This document shows, in pieces, positions 29,701 through 41,114 of a stretch of DNA of 64,000 nt (positions within the stretch are counted from its first letter, which is position 1; the number at the start of each line of letters is the position of its first letter). Made by a program: the position numbers and the translations under genes. The DNA is taken from NCBI GenBank assembly GCA_963721805.1, contig CAVRJY010000001.1, positions 704,001 to 768,000 on the forward strand, in the 5' to 3' direction. The notes below the pieces were generated by a model that was given only the letters and a program-made list of their open reading frames with translations, made no database searches and was not told the origin of the DNA. Origin of the DNA: Nitrospirota bacterium. GTDB taxonomy: Bacteria; Nitrospirota; Thermodesulfovibrionia; Thermodesulfovibrionales; JdFR-86.

Positions 29701-30705
29701 TTAGTTTTTGGGGACAAACGAATACACGACGCCACTATTTGGCAATAACCATTCATTATACTGCATTGAAAAGAAACCTTCACGATGATCCTCAATAACC
29801 TTTTCTGGATGAGAGACCATCGGCTGAAACCTTAATTTCATTTCTTTAGGATATGATATTGTCATATAAAAAGTTTTTGTGGGATGTGCCATTGACCAAT
29901 TTGAAAACTGGCCTGTTTCCATTTTATAGACTGATTTTAATTCCACATACAATCCATTTTCGCTAAAATTACTCAAGGGGAAAATTAGTCCCTTTTGTTC
30001 AATTTCACTGCGCGGAACTTGCTTCTCAGTGCCATTGCATTTAACAACAAATTCATCATCTTTCTTATTCATTGACAATACGGGGTTGTTTTTTACCTTC
30101 ATTTCAACGCTTATAATATCTAAGAACTCTCCTGGATCTGGCTTCCACTTTATAGTATCCTGAATTTTTCCGCCAACCATTTTACAGGCATATGTAAGTC
30201 TATCGCTAATTAAAATACCTGGCGGTTCATCTGACTCTTCCACTACAATCTCGCACTTAACGTTATCTCTATATGGTTCGCTAATATACTTACTTAAGTT
30301 ATCCTGAAAATAATTCAAAAAACTTCCTTCCTTATCTATATCTGAGGTATGAAAATATGCTTTCAAGGTCTTAATCTGAAGATTTGAAAGGGTTTCTTGA
30401 TCCATAGAATTTAAATATTCTTGTTCCAAAACTACATTTTTCAATCTTTCCTCAAAATAATGCTGCCAATCAGGTAATTGCAAAAAGAAAGAAAATATGC
30501 CAGATGTGAAAATCGTGAAACCAAGCAGCTCAAAAAAATTATATATCAGCTTAGATATATCCGATGCTTTTTCAAAATCCGCCGGTTTATTATAAAGAGT
30601 TATTATCGCGATTAATAATCCCATTGATACCAAAAGAGTCGCGGACAAAACACTTAGCTTTCTCAGAATGTGTAAAATCTTCTTTTCTTTCTTTCCAGTT
30701 ATCAC
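29701..30705 (-). CDS. AT-rich hypothetical protein: two N-terminal TM helices plus soluble domain
   Basis: 334-aa ORF filling the AT-rich island; no family recognised. Confidence 0.75.
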   Translation of the reverse strand: MITGKKEKKILHILRKLSVLSATLLVSMGLLIAIITLYNKPADFEKASDISKLIYNFFELLGFTIFTSGIFSFFLQLPDWQHYFEERLKNVVLEQEYLNSMDQETLSNLQIKTLKAYFHTSDIDKEGSFLNYFQDNLSKYISEPYRDNVKCEIVVEESDEPPGILISDRLTYACKMVGGKIQDTIKWKPDPGEFLDIISVEMKVKNNPVLSMNKKDDEFVVKCNGTEKQVPRSEIEQKGLIFPLSNFSENGLYVELKSVYKMETGQFSNWSMAHPTKTFYMTISYPKEMKLRFQPMVSHPEKVIEDHREGFFSMQYNEWLLPNSGVVYSFVPKN

Positions 30706-30812
30706 GAAGAGTTCCGCCTAACAGTGATTTTACGTTGCTGTTATCATAAGTGAACATGCACATTAAATGCAATAAATATTGCAGAAAAAAAAGAACATTA
30801 GCGGCACTTGTG

Positions 30813-30980
30813 ATCAATGCCGTTGACCGCTCGCGCGATTAGCACACAGCACCACCAAAGCGCGATAAATTAGGCTCAGACAAGGAACGGCGAGGACCCC
30901 AACCGGAGGCGTACTGTGTCGTACGTTGAGGATTGGGGCCGCAGCCGTGACGCAGTATCAGGCAATTTAGCGCGGCTTTC
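30813..30980 (-). repeat. Hairpin repeat family copy 4 (type B linker)
   Basis: CAATGCCGTTGACCGCTCGCGC tail, AAAGCGCGATAAATT...GCGTAC-TGTGTC-GTACGT...AATTTAGCGCGGCTTT. Confidence 0.92.
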
Positions 30981-32050
30981 CAATCCGCCCCTCTATCAAG
31001 AGATCAGGCCCGACGCGCCGCACCGTCATATCCCCTACCATGAGCGCGTCTTCGAGTTTGCGGAACGCATCGCCCCCGACGACCGGGAATGAGCGCAGCC
31101 CCGCCGATGATCTTGGGAGCGACGAATATCATCACCCGGTCCACGATGCCCTCCATCAGGGCATGGCCGTTGAGTGTCGCTCCACCCTCGATCAGCACCG
31201 AGTTCATCCCGATAGAGCCAAGCTCCCGAAGCAGCCACTTCAAGTCGAGCGTGCCCTTGTAGCCCAGTATCCTCACCCCGCGCGCCTCGAACGAGCGCGC
31301 CAGAGCACCACCACTCTCCCTCGTAACGATGATCGTATCCGGCGGGGTCTGAAGCACCCGTGCGCTGTCCGCGATGCGAAGTGACGGGTCGATGACCACG
31401 CGCACCGGCTGGTGCGCACCTCGAATGCGCGCGGTGAGTTCCGGGTCGTCGGCCGCTACGGTGCCGATCCCTGTGATGACCGCGTCCACCGAAGAGCGGA
31501 GCCTGTGCACGATCTTGCGCGCCGGTGCCGAGGTGATCCATTTCGACTGGCCCTCGGGTGTGGCGATCTTGCCATCTAGCGTCATCGCGGCCTTCAGGGT
31601 GACGAACGGGAGCCCGGTCGTGATTTGCTTGATATATGCCTCGTTGAGTGCGCGGGCCTTGTCCTCGAGCACGCAGCAGGTCGTCTTGATCCCGGCCGCC
31701 TCGATCTCGGCGATGCCCCGGCCCGAGACCTTCGGGTTTGGGTCCCTCATCGCGACCACCACGCGGGCCACTCCCGAGGCGATGATCGCTTTTGTGCAGG
31801 GCGGGGTGCGCTTCTTGGTGTGGCAGCAGGGCTCCAAAGAGACATAGAGCGTCGCACCACGCGCTTTCTCGCCCGCGCTTTGGAGCACGAGCGCCTCGGC
31901 GTGAGGCGTGCCTGCCCTGCGGTGGTAGTCCTCGGCGATGACCCGCCCGGAGCGCACCAGCACCGCGCCGACCATCGGGTTCGGGCTCGTGCGGCCCCGG
32001 CCGCGCGCAGCGAGCGCCAGGGCGCGTTTCATGTATAAAACATCGTCCAT
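30967..32050 (-). CDS. ribD: Riboflavin deaminase/reductase RibD, apparent frameshift near 31100
   Basis: TSPNPMVGA, HAE, LEPCCH...TPPC, TLDGKIA, LIEGG. Removing one base at about 31100 restores APKIIGGLRSFPVVGG...VGPDLLIEGRIGKPR*. Confidence 0.92.
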
Positions 32051-32140
32051 CCGGTAATATACCACAATCGCCCCGGCAGGCCATCAGGGTGCGGGCTGTG
32101 GTATAATTAGTGATTAATTTCACCAACCAGGAGGCTTAAT

Positions 32141-32467
32141 ATGGCAGAAGGTTTGGTCAACGTTACGACGTCCTCGTGGGACGCGGAGGTGCTGAAGTCC
32201 GATACTCTCGTGATGGTGGATTTCTGGGCCGTATGGTGCGGCCCGTGCCGGATGATCGCGCCGACCGTCGAGCAGCTCGCGCAGGAATACGCAGGCAAGA
32301 TCAAGGTCTGCAAGCTCAACACCGACGAGAACCCGGACATAGCGAGCAAATACAAGATAATGGGCATCCCGACCGTGATGTTCTTCAAGGGCGGGGAGAT
32401 CAAGGACCAGGTCGTGGGCGCCGTGCCGAAGAGCCAGCTCAAGGCCAAGATCGACAGCCTCGTATAA
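32141..32467 (+). CDS. trxA: Thioredoxin
   Basis: WCGPC active site, 108 aa. Confidence 0.96.
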   Translation: MAEGLVNVTTSSWDAEVLKSDTLVMVDFWAVWCGPCRMIAPTVEQLAQEYAGKIKVCKLNTDENPDIASKYKIMGIPTVMFFKGGEIKDQVVGAVPKSQLKAKIDSLV

Positions 32468-32973
32468 TGAAGTTTTTTAGCGGACCGGGAACCTGGGCCA
32501 TCGCCCTGATGGTGCTGCTCGCGCTTGCGGCCTGTCAGGCCAAGCCCAAGGCAGTATCCACGGCAGGCGGCCCCGCCGCGCTCGACCTAAAGCGAGCCGA
32601 CGGGACGGACTTCGACCCCTCGACGCTCAAAGGCAAGGTCGTGCTGATCGAGTTCTGGGCCACGTGGTGCCCGCCGTGCAAGATGGCGATCCCGGACATC
32701 AAGGCGCTCAGCGAGAAGGTCAAGGGCACCGATATCGAGGTGGTCACTGTAGCCATAGATGACAAGGCCGAGGACGTCTCGGCGTTCGTAAAGGAAAACA
32801 ACCTGCCGTACCTCGTGCTGCACGACGACGGCAGGGCGACCAAGGAATACGGGGTCCGCGGCGTGCCGACCTCGGTCGTACTCGACAAGACCGGCAAGGT
32901 CGTCGAGACCCACATGGGCTACATGACCGGCTATGCGGACGAAATGCTCATAGAACTGAAGAAATACCTATAA
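32467..32973 (+). CDS. TlpA-family thiol:disulfide oxidoreductase (lipoprotein)
   Basis: LAAC lipobox, FWATWCPPC, GVPT. Confidence 0.88.
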   Translation: MKFFSGPGTWAIALMVLLALAACQAKPKAVSTAGGPAALDLKRADGTDFDPSTLKGKVVLIEFWATWCPPCKMAIPDIKALSEKVKGTDIEVVTVAIDDKAEDVSAFVKENNLPYLVLHDDGRATKEYGVRGVPTSVVLDKTGKVVETHMGYMTGYADEMLIELKKYL

Positions 32974-32974
32974 A

Positions 32975-34297
32975 ATGTTCGATTCTCTAAGCGGAAAGCT
33001 CGAAGGCATATTCAAGAAACTCAGGGGACGCGGCCTCCTCAAGGAGGAGGACGTCGACCTTGCGATGAAGGAGGTCCGCCTCGCGCTCTTGGAGGCGGAC
33101 GTTAACTTCAAGGTCGTCAAGGACTTCGTGGCCTCGGTGCGCGAGAAGGCGATCGGAAGCGGCGTGCTCGACAGCCTGACGCCCGGCCAGCAGGTCGTGA
33201 AGATCGTATTTAAGGAGCTTATCGACGTTATCGGCGGCGAGACCAGCCGCATACAGCTCTCGCCCAACCCGCCGACTGTCATCATGCTCGTGGGCCTGCA
33301 AGGCTCGGGCAAGACGACCTCGGCCGCGAAGCTAGCCTACCAGTTCAAGAAAGAGGGCCGCCGCCCGCTGCTCGTCGCGGCCGACCTGCAGCGCCCGGCC
33401 GCCATAGACCAGCTCGTAACCTTGGGCTCGCAGATCGGCGTGCCTGTGTTCCATTCGCGCGAGCAGAAGGACCCGGTCGCGCTCTGCAGCGCCTCTATAC
33501 AGCAGTCGAAGCTCGACGGACGCGACATAGTCATACTCGATACCGCGGGCCGCCTGCACGTCGACGAGTCGCTGATGGGCGAGCTCAAGCGCATCAAGGA
33601 GAACCTCTCGCCGCGCGAGGTCCTGTTCGTCGCGGACTCGATGACCGGCCAGGACGCGGTCAACAGCGCCAATACCTTCAACGAGCAGATCGGCATAGAC
33701 GGCGTCGTGCTCACCAAGATGGACGGCGACGCCCGTGGCGGCGCGGCCCTGTCTATCAGGTCGATCACCGGCAAGCCTATAAAGTACATCGGCATGGGCG
33801 AGAAGATCGACATGCTCGAGGTCTTCCACCCGGACCGCATCGCGCAGCGCATCTTGGGCATGGGCGACGTGCTCTCGCTGATCGAGAAGGCCGAGAAGAA
33901 CTTCGAGGTCGAAGAGGCCAAGAAGATGCAGGAGAAGCTCCTTGGCGACTCCTTCAGCTTCGAGGACCTCAAGGACCAGCTCAACAAGCTCAAGAGCATG
34001 GGCCCGCTCGAGAACATCCTCGGGATGATCCCCGGCATGAACAAGCACATGAAGGACATCAAGGTCGACGACCGCGAGATCGGGCGGATCGAGGCGATCA
34101 TCAACTCGATGACACCGGCCGAGCGCAAGGACGTCAACCTCTTAAACGGCAGCCGCAAAAAGCGCATAGCGCTTGGCAGCGGGACTACCGCAACGGACGT
34201 GAACCGGCTGATCAAGCAGTATCTGGACATGAAGAAGATGCTTAAGATGTTTAAGAAGGGCGGAAGGATGCCATCCCTCAATTTCAAACGTCGATAG
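32975..34297 (+). CDS. ffh: Signal recognition particle protein
   Basis: GLQGSGKTT, DTAGRL, TKMDGDARGGAALS, M domain. Confidence 0.98.
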   Translation: MFDSLSGKLEGIFKKLRGRGLLKEEDVDLAMKEVRLALLEADVNFKVVKDFVASVREKAIGSGVLDSLTPGQQVVKIVFKELIDVIGGETSRIQLSPNPPTVIMLVGLQGSGKTTSAAKLAYQFKKEGRRPLLVAADLQRPAAIDQLVTLGSQIGVPVFHSREQKDPVALCSASIQQSKLDGRDIVILDTAGRLHVDESLMGELKRIKENLSPREVLFVADSMTGQDAVNSANTFNEQIGIDGVVLTKMDGDARGGAALSIRSITGKPIKYIGMGEKIDMLEVFHPDRIAQRILGMGDVLSLIEKAEKNFEVEEAKKMQEKLLGDSFSFEDLKDQLNKLKSMGPLENILGMIPGMNKHMKDIKVDDREIGRIEAIINSMTPAERKDVNLLNGSRKKRIALGSGTTATDVNRLIKQYLDMKKMLKMFKKGGRMPSLNFKRR

Positions 34298-34319
34298 TTT
34301 TCTCCCCGTTACCTTCTCT

Positions 34320-34486
34320 AAAGCCGCGCGAAATCGCTTGATACTGCGTCATCAGTCGAAAATCGCCCTCGGAGTACATCCCAGTACACCTGCGGGACGA
34401 TTTTCTCCTTCTTCCTTGTCTCAAGACGATTTCTCGCGCTTTAATGTTGCCCCTGCCTGATCGCGCGAGCGGTCAACGGCATTGAT
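34320..34486 (+). repeat. Hairpin repeat family copy 5 (type B linker)
   Basis: AAAGCCGCGCGAAATCG...GAGTAC-ATCCCA-GTACAC...CGATTTCTCGCGCTTT then ATCGCGCGAGCGGTCAACGGCATTGAT. Confidence 0.92.
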
Positions 34487-34543
34487 ATAGTTCTATCGCT
34501 TTGTTAGTTTCGAATTATGAGATGCAGTTATAGTTTGCTGCCA

Positions 34544-35704
34544 TTATGGTTGTTTGCTTTTACTGAGATAAGTCTTAAGTATAAAACCGGGTGTTCTTGG
34601 AATTAACCATTTAATAAAATCCTTGTAGGTGGTTCTGAGGGCAGGGACTTCCAAATATTTATCTAGGACTCCCTCATTGCTAGAAAGAAGTTTAATGAAG
34701 ATCGCAGGGAAAAGATGCATGAGTCTAGTTAACAATAAGGAATATTTTAAGTTTTCACCAAAGTCACGTTGACAGCGCAATTCATATGCTTGTCGTAGAT
34801 TCATTTTCTTGTTTAACTTTAGTTTTTCAAATATAATTTCTACAGCAATCTGTCCTGACCTTATTGCATAAGCAATACCCTCCCCATAAAATGGATCCAC
34901 AAACCCAGCCGAATCACCAACCAGTATCATTCTATTTGTCGCGAGTGTTCTCTTAATCCCTCCAGAAGGTATCACATGACCGTGCAAACGATATTTTTCA
35001 CGGAATCCATTTTCTTTTAGGAAAGATTCCATTGATGATAGAGGGTTAGATAAATATTTTGCAAAGCCTCCGATGCCAACATTGAAACAGTTTTTATGTG
35101 GAAATATCCACCCATAACCAACGCCGGCAACACCGAAATGTATGTCGATAGAATTATGTATATAACTGTCTATGCGATCATTACTTGCCTCTATCTCAGT
35201 TACGATGCAGATGCCGAATTCAGCCCTTGTATCTTTTTTGCGTATCAAACGCTTAAATTTACCTTGTGCGCCTTCAGCGATGATAACAAATCGAGTTCTA
35301 TAGCTATCATTTGTTGTAAAGACAGAAATATCATCGATATGCTCTTGAATGTCAATTACCTGTTCCCCCAGCTTAACTTCAATTTCAGTTTCTTTGGCTT
35401 TGGCAAGTAAGTACGCATCAAAATTACTTCTATTAACAAGAACAGCAATTCGATATTCTTTTTGTCTTTCAATTGAATTGTTCTTGAAATGAACTCTAGC
35501 CCCATAGATCTCTCTTTCGATAAGATGCTGGGGAATTTCGAAATCGAGATATGACATAGCATGTTCTGACAAAGCACCGCCACATGGTTTATAACGAGGG
35601 AAATCAGCTTTTTCCAGTAGAAGTGTTTTAAGACCCTTTTGACCAGCAATTCGCCCTGCGGATGATCCCGCTGGTCCACCACCTATTATAATGAGATCAT
35701 ACAT
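34544..35704 (-). CDS. Geranylgeranyl reductase family FAD oxidoreductase (AT-rich)
   Basis: IIGGGPAGS, PRYKPCGG, GYGWIFP, LVGDSAGFVDPFYGEGI. Confidence 0.88.
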   Translation of the reverse strand: MYDLIIIGGGPAGSSAGRIAGQKGLKTLLLEKADFPRYKPCGGALSEHAMSYLDFEIPQHLIEREIYGARVHFKNNSIERQKEYRIAVLVNRSNFDAYLLAKAKETEIEVKLGEQVIDIQEHIDDISVFTTNDSYRTRFVIIAEGAQGKFKRLIRKKDTRAEFGICIVTEIEASNDRIDSYIHNSIDIHFGVAGVGYGWIFPHKNCFNVGIGGFAKYLSNPLSSMESFLKENGFREKYRLHGHVIPSGGIKRTLATNRMILVGDSAGFVDPFYGEGIAYAIRSGQIAVEIIFEKLKLNKKMNLRQAYELRCQRDFGENLKYSLLLTRLMHLFPAIFIKLLSSNEGVLDKYLEVPALRTTYKDFIKWLIPRTPGFILKTYLSKSKQP

Positions 35705-35706
35705 TG

Positions 35707-36753
35707 TTATTTTAAGAAAGCTTCCAATACAGCTATTGATAACGGAGATAGAAATGAAAGGCCAAAGCCAGATAGGATTCCCAGGTCAAAAGGGTATGCC
35801 CGCATATCGTTTAATTTTGAATTGTAAAGATGCTCAAACAAATAAATTTCAATTGCTTTTTTAATGTCTAAATTTTCAGAAGATACGAATTCCTTTAACA
35901 TTTTTTCAAGCTTATTATGATAGTTTATTCTTACCTCTTTTTTCTTGGCATCTATGTATTGTTTCAGTCTAAGTATGGGAGCTATGAAACCTATTACCAT
36001 TGTAATGATGAATAATAACGATGACAGAATAATCATTAGATTTAGAGAGTCGGCTTTATTGCCAAGTTTAGAGAATATCTCAAAAGCTAAAGGAAAAACT
36101 AACGCACCAGATGAAAAATATAGTGATATTTTGACGGAGAATGCTCCAAATGTTGCCAAGCCACCGTATCTGTCCGGATGATGCGGTTCAAAAATCAGAT
36201 CATCGCAACAAATATTATTCATCATTGTTATCAAAACAAATATCCCATGAAAGCCAATTGATGATATAAAAAAGAGAAGAAAAAATGAAATGCTTCCCCA
36301 TAGTTCAATTGCCAATGGCGCATTTCCGTAATAAGAATGTACCACGAGGAAAGATAAGGCTAAGCCTAAGGGATAACCAACGATCTGATACTTATTCGAT
36401 TGGATTCGTTTAATTTCTCTAAGAAAATGGTTCTCCCATTTGCCATGAGCGAAAACTTCCACATATTTGTGGAAGAAATCAATGATATATTCAAAAGCGC
36501 TTTGTATCAATAATGGGGCAATAGCTAACCATAATAAAGCAATATGCATACGCCATGTAAATATTTCTTCATTATATATGAATTGAAGCAAGTACCCAAT
36601 AGATATGATTGGAATATAAAACATAAACACTGATGCACATATTTTTGATCGAAAAAGTTTACTCAAAAAATATTGCCATCTAATAATCCAAAGCGTAGCT
36701 CGTGAAGCCGCTTCTTTTTCAACCTTTGACCATTCTTTTCTCCCGCCGATCAT
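35707..36753 (-). CDS. AT-rich hypothetical polytopic membrane protein
   Basis: 348 aa, multiple TM segments, HPDRYGGL motif; stop lies 2 nt before the reductase start. Confidence 0.72.
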   Translation of the reverse strand: MIGGRKEWSKVEKEAASRATLWIIRWQYFLSKLFRSKICASVFMFYIPIISIGYLLQFIYNEEIFTWRMHIALLWLAIAPLLIQSAFEYIIDFFHKYVEVFAHGKWENHFLREIKRIQSNKYQIVGYPLGLALSFLVVHSYYGNAPLAIELWGSISFFLLFFISSIGFHGIFVLITMMNNICCDDLIFEPHHPDRYGGLATFGAFSVKISLYFSSGALVFPLAFEIFSKLGNKADSLNLMIILSSLLFIITMVIGFIAPILRLKQYIDAKKKEVRINYHNKLEKMLKEFVSSENLDIKKAIEIYLFEHLYNSKLNDMRAYPFDLGILSGFGLSFLSPLSIAVLEAFLK

Positions 36754-37000
36754 GTGTTAGCCTTTCTCAATTGTTTAAGTATTAAAACGAAGTAATCATT
36801 AAGGTTTCAATAGACTATCTGATATTAACTATTTGAGTCAACAGTTCTACTATTATTGCAGCGCCTCATAGAAAGCTAGTAAGCTGTCAAGGAGTTATGT
36901 AGATATCGACCAAATATAATGTTGTAGCCCTTCAGAATAGTAATCGCGAATAAGTGAACGATGTAATTAGAAGCGAAGCGGCTCTGAATCCCGCTGGCCT

Positions 37001-37792
37001 CTACGGCGTATCGATGTATATCTCGCCTCGCGAGTAAAGTACCACGCCGCCGCCGATAATGACGCGCTCGCCAATGTTCTCGCAATAGAGTTCGCCGCCA
37101 CGGGCTGATATCTGCCGCGCGTTTAGCTCGGCCTTGCCGAGGCGCTTTGACCAGTATGGTATCAAGGTGCAGTGGGCCGAGCCGGTCACGGGGTCTTCTG
37201 GAATCCCGGCGGAGGGCGCGAAGAAGCGCGAGACGAAATCCACGCCCTTACCCGGTGCAGTCACGATGAAGCCGAAGGCGTCCTTGATCGCGGCGAGCTT
37301 GTTGAAGTCGGGCGTCAAGTCGCGCACCTCCTCCTCCGATCCGAACACCGCCATCAGGTCGCGGGCCTTATAGACCTCAAGCGGCCTTATACCTAACGCG
37401 TCCGTGAGTTCATCCGTTATCTCGACCGGCGCGCCCGGCCTCGCGGGGAAGTCCATCAGGAACAGCTCATCACTGCGCTCGACCTTGAGTATCCCGCTTT
37501 GCGAGAAGAACTGTACCCTCTGGACTCCCGGCTCGACGATCTCGGTCACGACGTACGCGCTTGCGAGCGTCGCGTGGCCGCACAGGTCGATCTCGACCGA
37601 AGGCGTAAACCACCTGATGTCATAACGCCCCCTGCCGCCCGAGATAAACGCCGTCTCGGACTGCCCGTTCTCGGTCGCGATTGCCTGCATGAGCGGATCC
37701 GGCAGCCAGCGCTGAAGCACGCAGACCGAGGCCGGATTGCCCTTAAAGGGCTTGGCCGTGAATGCGTCCAGATGGAAGTGCGGTACTTTCAT
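37001..37792 (-). CDS. PhzF-family isomerase
   Basis: DAFTAKPFKGNP, SETAF, EIDLCGHATLA, EDPVTGSAH. Confidence 0.92.
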   Translation of the reverse strand: MKVPHFHLDAFTAKPFKGNPASVCVLQRWLPDPLMQAIATENGQSETAFISGGRGRYDIRWFTPSVEIDLCGHATLASAYVVTEIVEPGVQRVQFFSQSGILKVERSDELFLMDFPARPGAPVEITDELTDALGIRPLEVYKARDLMAVFGSEEEVRDLTPDFNKLAAIKDAFGFIVTAPGKGVDFVSRFFAPSAGIPEDPVTGSAHCTLIPYWSKRLGKAELNARQISARGGELYCENIGERVIIGGGVVLYSRGEIYIDTP

Positions 37793-38196
37793 CCCTGCGT
37801 GGTCTTGACCTCGAACTTGGGCGGGTTGGCAATCGCGCGCTTCACCGCGCACTGGTCCGCGACCTTGATGAGCGCGCCGAGGTACTTCTGCGGGAACCCG
37901 GCCGGCACCTTGATATCGAGCACGATCTTGTCCATCACCGAATGTCCGTCGGGCGTCTGGACGTACTCGATCCGCTCGCTGATCTCAAGCCCCTCGGTCG
38001 GTATCTTGCGCTCCTGACAAAAGCTCAGGACGAATATCCCCGCGCACGTGCCGATGGACGCCAGAAAGAGAGCGAAGGGTGTTGGGGCCGAGCCCTCGCC
38101 GCCGTATTTAGCGGCCTGGTCGGTCTTAATCACCATGCCGTCGTCGCCTGTCGCGTATACCTTCTTGCCGCCCGGAAACGATATTTTAAATTCCAT
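37789..38196 (-). CDS. OsmC-family protein
   Basis: TDQ...GGEGSAPTPFALFLASIGTCAG...QCAVKR. Confidence 0.88.
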   Translation of the reverse strand: MEFKISFPGGKKVYATGDDGMVIKTDQAAKYGGEGSAPTPFALFLASIGTCAGIFVLSFCQERKIPTEGLEISERIEYVQTPDGHSVMDKIVLDIKVPAGFPQKYLGALIKVADQCAVKRAIANPPKFEVKTTQG

Positions 38197-38274
38197 AGTC
38201 AGTGGCCTCCTGTGTAAGTGATTTATTTAGTATAATATCATGTTACAAACCTATTCATGCGAGGTGTGCTTTAG

Positions 38275-38811
38275 ATGGCTGAAGAGAAAAAGGAAAAATG
38301 GCTCAACTACCTTGCGGTGAGCACCGTGATATTCGCGGTCTGCGCCACGCTCGCCACTTTTAAGGGCGGCGGTTTCTCGACGCGGGCCGTGCTCTCGCAG
38401 TCAAAGGCCTCGGACCAGTGGGCGTTCTACCAGGCCAAGAGCATCAAGGGCTACCTCTACGATATGCAGGCCGAGAAATTCGCGATGGACTTAAAGAGTG
38501 ACGCGAAGCTCCCGCCCGCTGTGCGCGAGGAGTACCAACAGAAGATCGACTCATACGCCGGGAAGGTCAAGAAATACGAGGAAGAGAAGAAGAAGATCAA
38601 TCAGGACGCGCTGGAGCTTGAAAAGGTCCGCGACGATGCGCAGATCCACACTCAGGCCTTCGGGATGGCCGTGATATTCCTTCAGGTCGCGATACTCCTC
38701 AGCTCGATCGCCGCGCTGATGAAGCGCCGCAACATCTGGCTTCTGGGCGTAGCGAGCGGTGCGCTCGGACTCGTATATTTCGCCAACGGCTTCCTGCTAT
38801 TCATTAAATAA
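38275..38811 (+). CDS. DUF4337-like membrane protein
   Basis: ASDQWAFYQAKSIK, FLQVAILLSSIA. Confidence 0.75.
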   Translation: MAEEKKEKWLNYLAVSTVIFAVCATLATFKGGGFSTRAVLSQSKASDQWAFYQAKSIKGYLYDMQAEKFAMDLKSDAKLPPAVREEYQQKIDSYAGKVKKYEEEKKKINQDALELEKVRDDAQIHTQAFGMAVIFLQVAILLSSIAALMKRRNIWLLGVASGALGLVYFANGFLLFIK

Positions 38812-38822
38812 GAAGGGATCAT

Positions 38823-40268
<1,446 letters not shown>

Positions 40269-40301
40269 CCCCTACGGTAGTTATGAGCTATAATTGGATC
40301 A

Positions 40302-41114
40302 ATGAACGCGCGGAGCTTTAAGACCGAGGAGCACTTTGTAACCGAAGAGCCTTACTACCTCCCCTCCGGGGACGAGATACGCCTTTTCGAGGCCGCGTAT
40401 GGCTCGCAGATCCCGGTGTTGCTGAAGGGCCCGACCGGGTGCGGCAAGACGCGCTTCATTCACCACATGGCCTGGAGGCTCAAGCGCCCTCTCGTCACCA
40501 TCTCCTGCCACGACGACCTCACGACCTCCGATCTCGTCGGGCGATATCTGATTCAGGGCGGCGAGACCGTATGGGTGGACGGCCCTCTGACCGCGGCGGT
40601 GAAGGCCGGGGGCATATGCTACCTCGACGAGATAGTCGAGGCGCGCAAGGACACGACCGTCGTCATACACCCGCTCGCGGACGACCGCCGCATACTCCCG
40701 ATAGAGAAGCTCGGCATGCTCATCGTCGCCCCGCCTGAGTTCATGCTCGCGATCTCGTATAACCCCGGCTACCAAAGCGTTATCAAGGACCTCAAGCAGA
40801 GCACGCGCCAGAGGTTCCTCGCGATAGAGTTCGCGTACCAGACCCCCGAGCGCGAGGCCGAGGTGGTTTCGCACGAGTCCGGCGTGGACGCGGATGCCGC
40901 ATCGAGGCTGGTCGGGTTCGGCCGCAAGACCCGCAACCTCAAGGATCGGGGGCTGGTAGAGGGCGCGAGCACGCGGCTGATGATACACGCCGGAAGGCTC
41001 ATGCGCTCCGGCATCCCCGCGCGTGAGGCCCTGCGCGCGGCCGTGATCTCCCCGCTCAGTGACGATCAAGAGATGCTGGAGGCGCTGGAGCAGCTGGCTT
41101 CGTCGTTCTTTTAA
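40302..41114 (+). CDS. CbbQ/NirQ/NorQ-family AAA+ ATPase
   Basis: LKGPTGCGKTRF, CHDDLTTSDLVGR, YLDEIVEARKD, SYNPGYQ...KQSTRQRF. Confidence 0.93.
   Translation: MNARSFKTEEHFVTEEPYYLPSGDEIRLFEAAYGSQIPVLLKGPTGCGKTRFIHHMAWRLKRPLVTISCHDDLTTSDLVGRYLIQGGETVWVDGPLTAAVKAGGICYLDEIVEARKDTTVVIHPLADDRRILPIEKLGMLIVAPPEFMLAISYNPGYQSVIKDLKQSTRQRFLAIEFAYQTPEREAEVVSHESGVDADAASRLVGFGRKTRNLKDRGLVEGASTRLMIHAGRLMRSGIPAREALRAAVISPLSDDQEMLEALEQLASSFF

Noticed and set aside
29511..30980. Repeats as classical integron attC sites
   Set aside because: No intI in the window, hairpin ends lack RYYYAAC/GTTRRRY boxes, and copies are inverted pairs at dispersed loci rather than a direct-repeat array.
33337..34287. Long antisense or alternative-frame ORFs (e.g. 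33337..34287, 4688..5890, 12583..13686, 22632..23978)
   Set aside because: Shadow ORFs expected in GC-rich DNA; they overlap well-supported genes and show no motifs.
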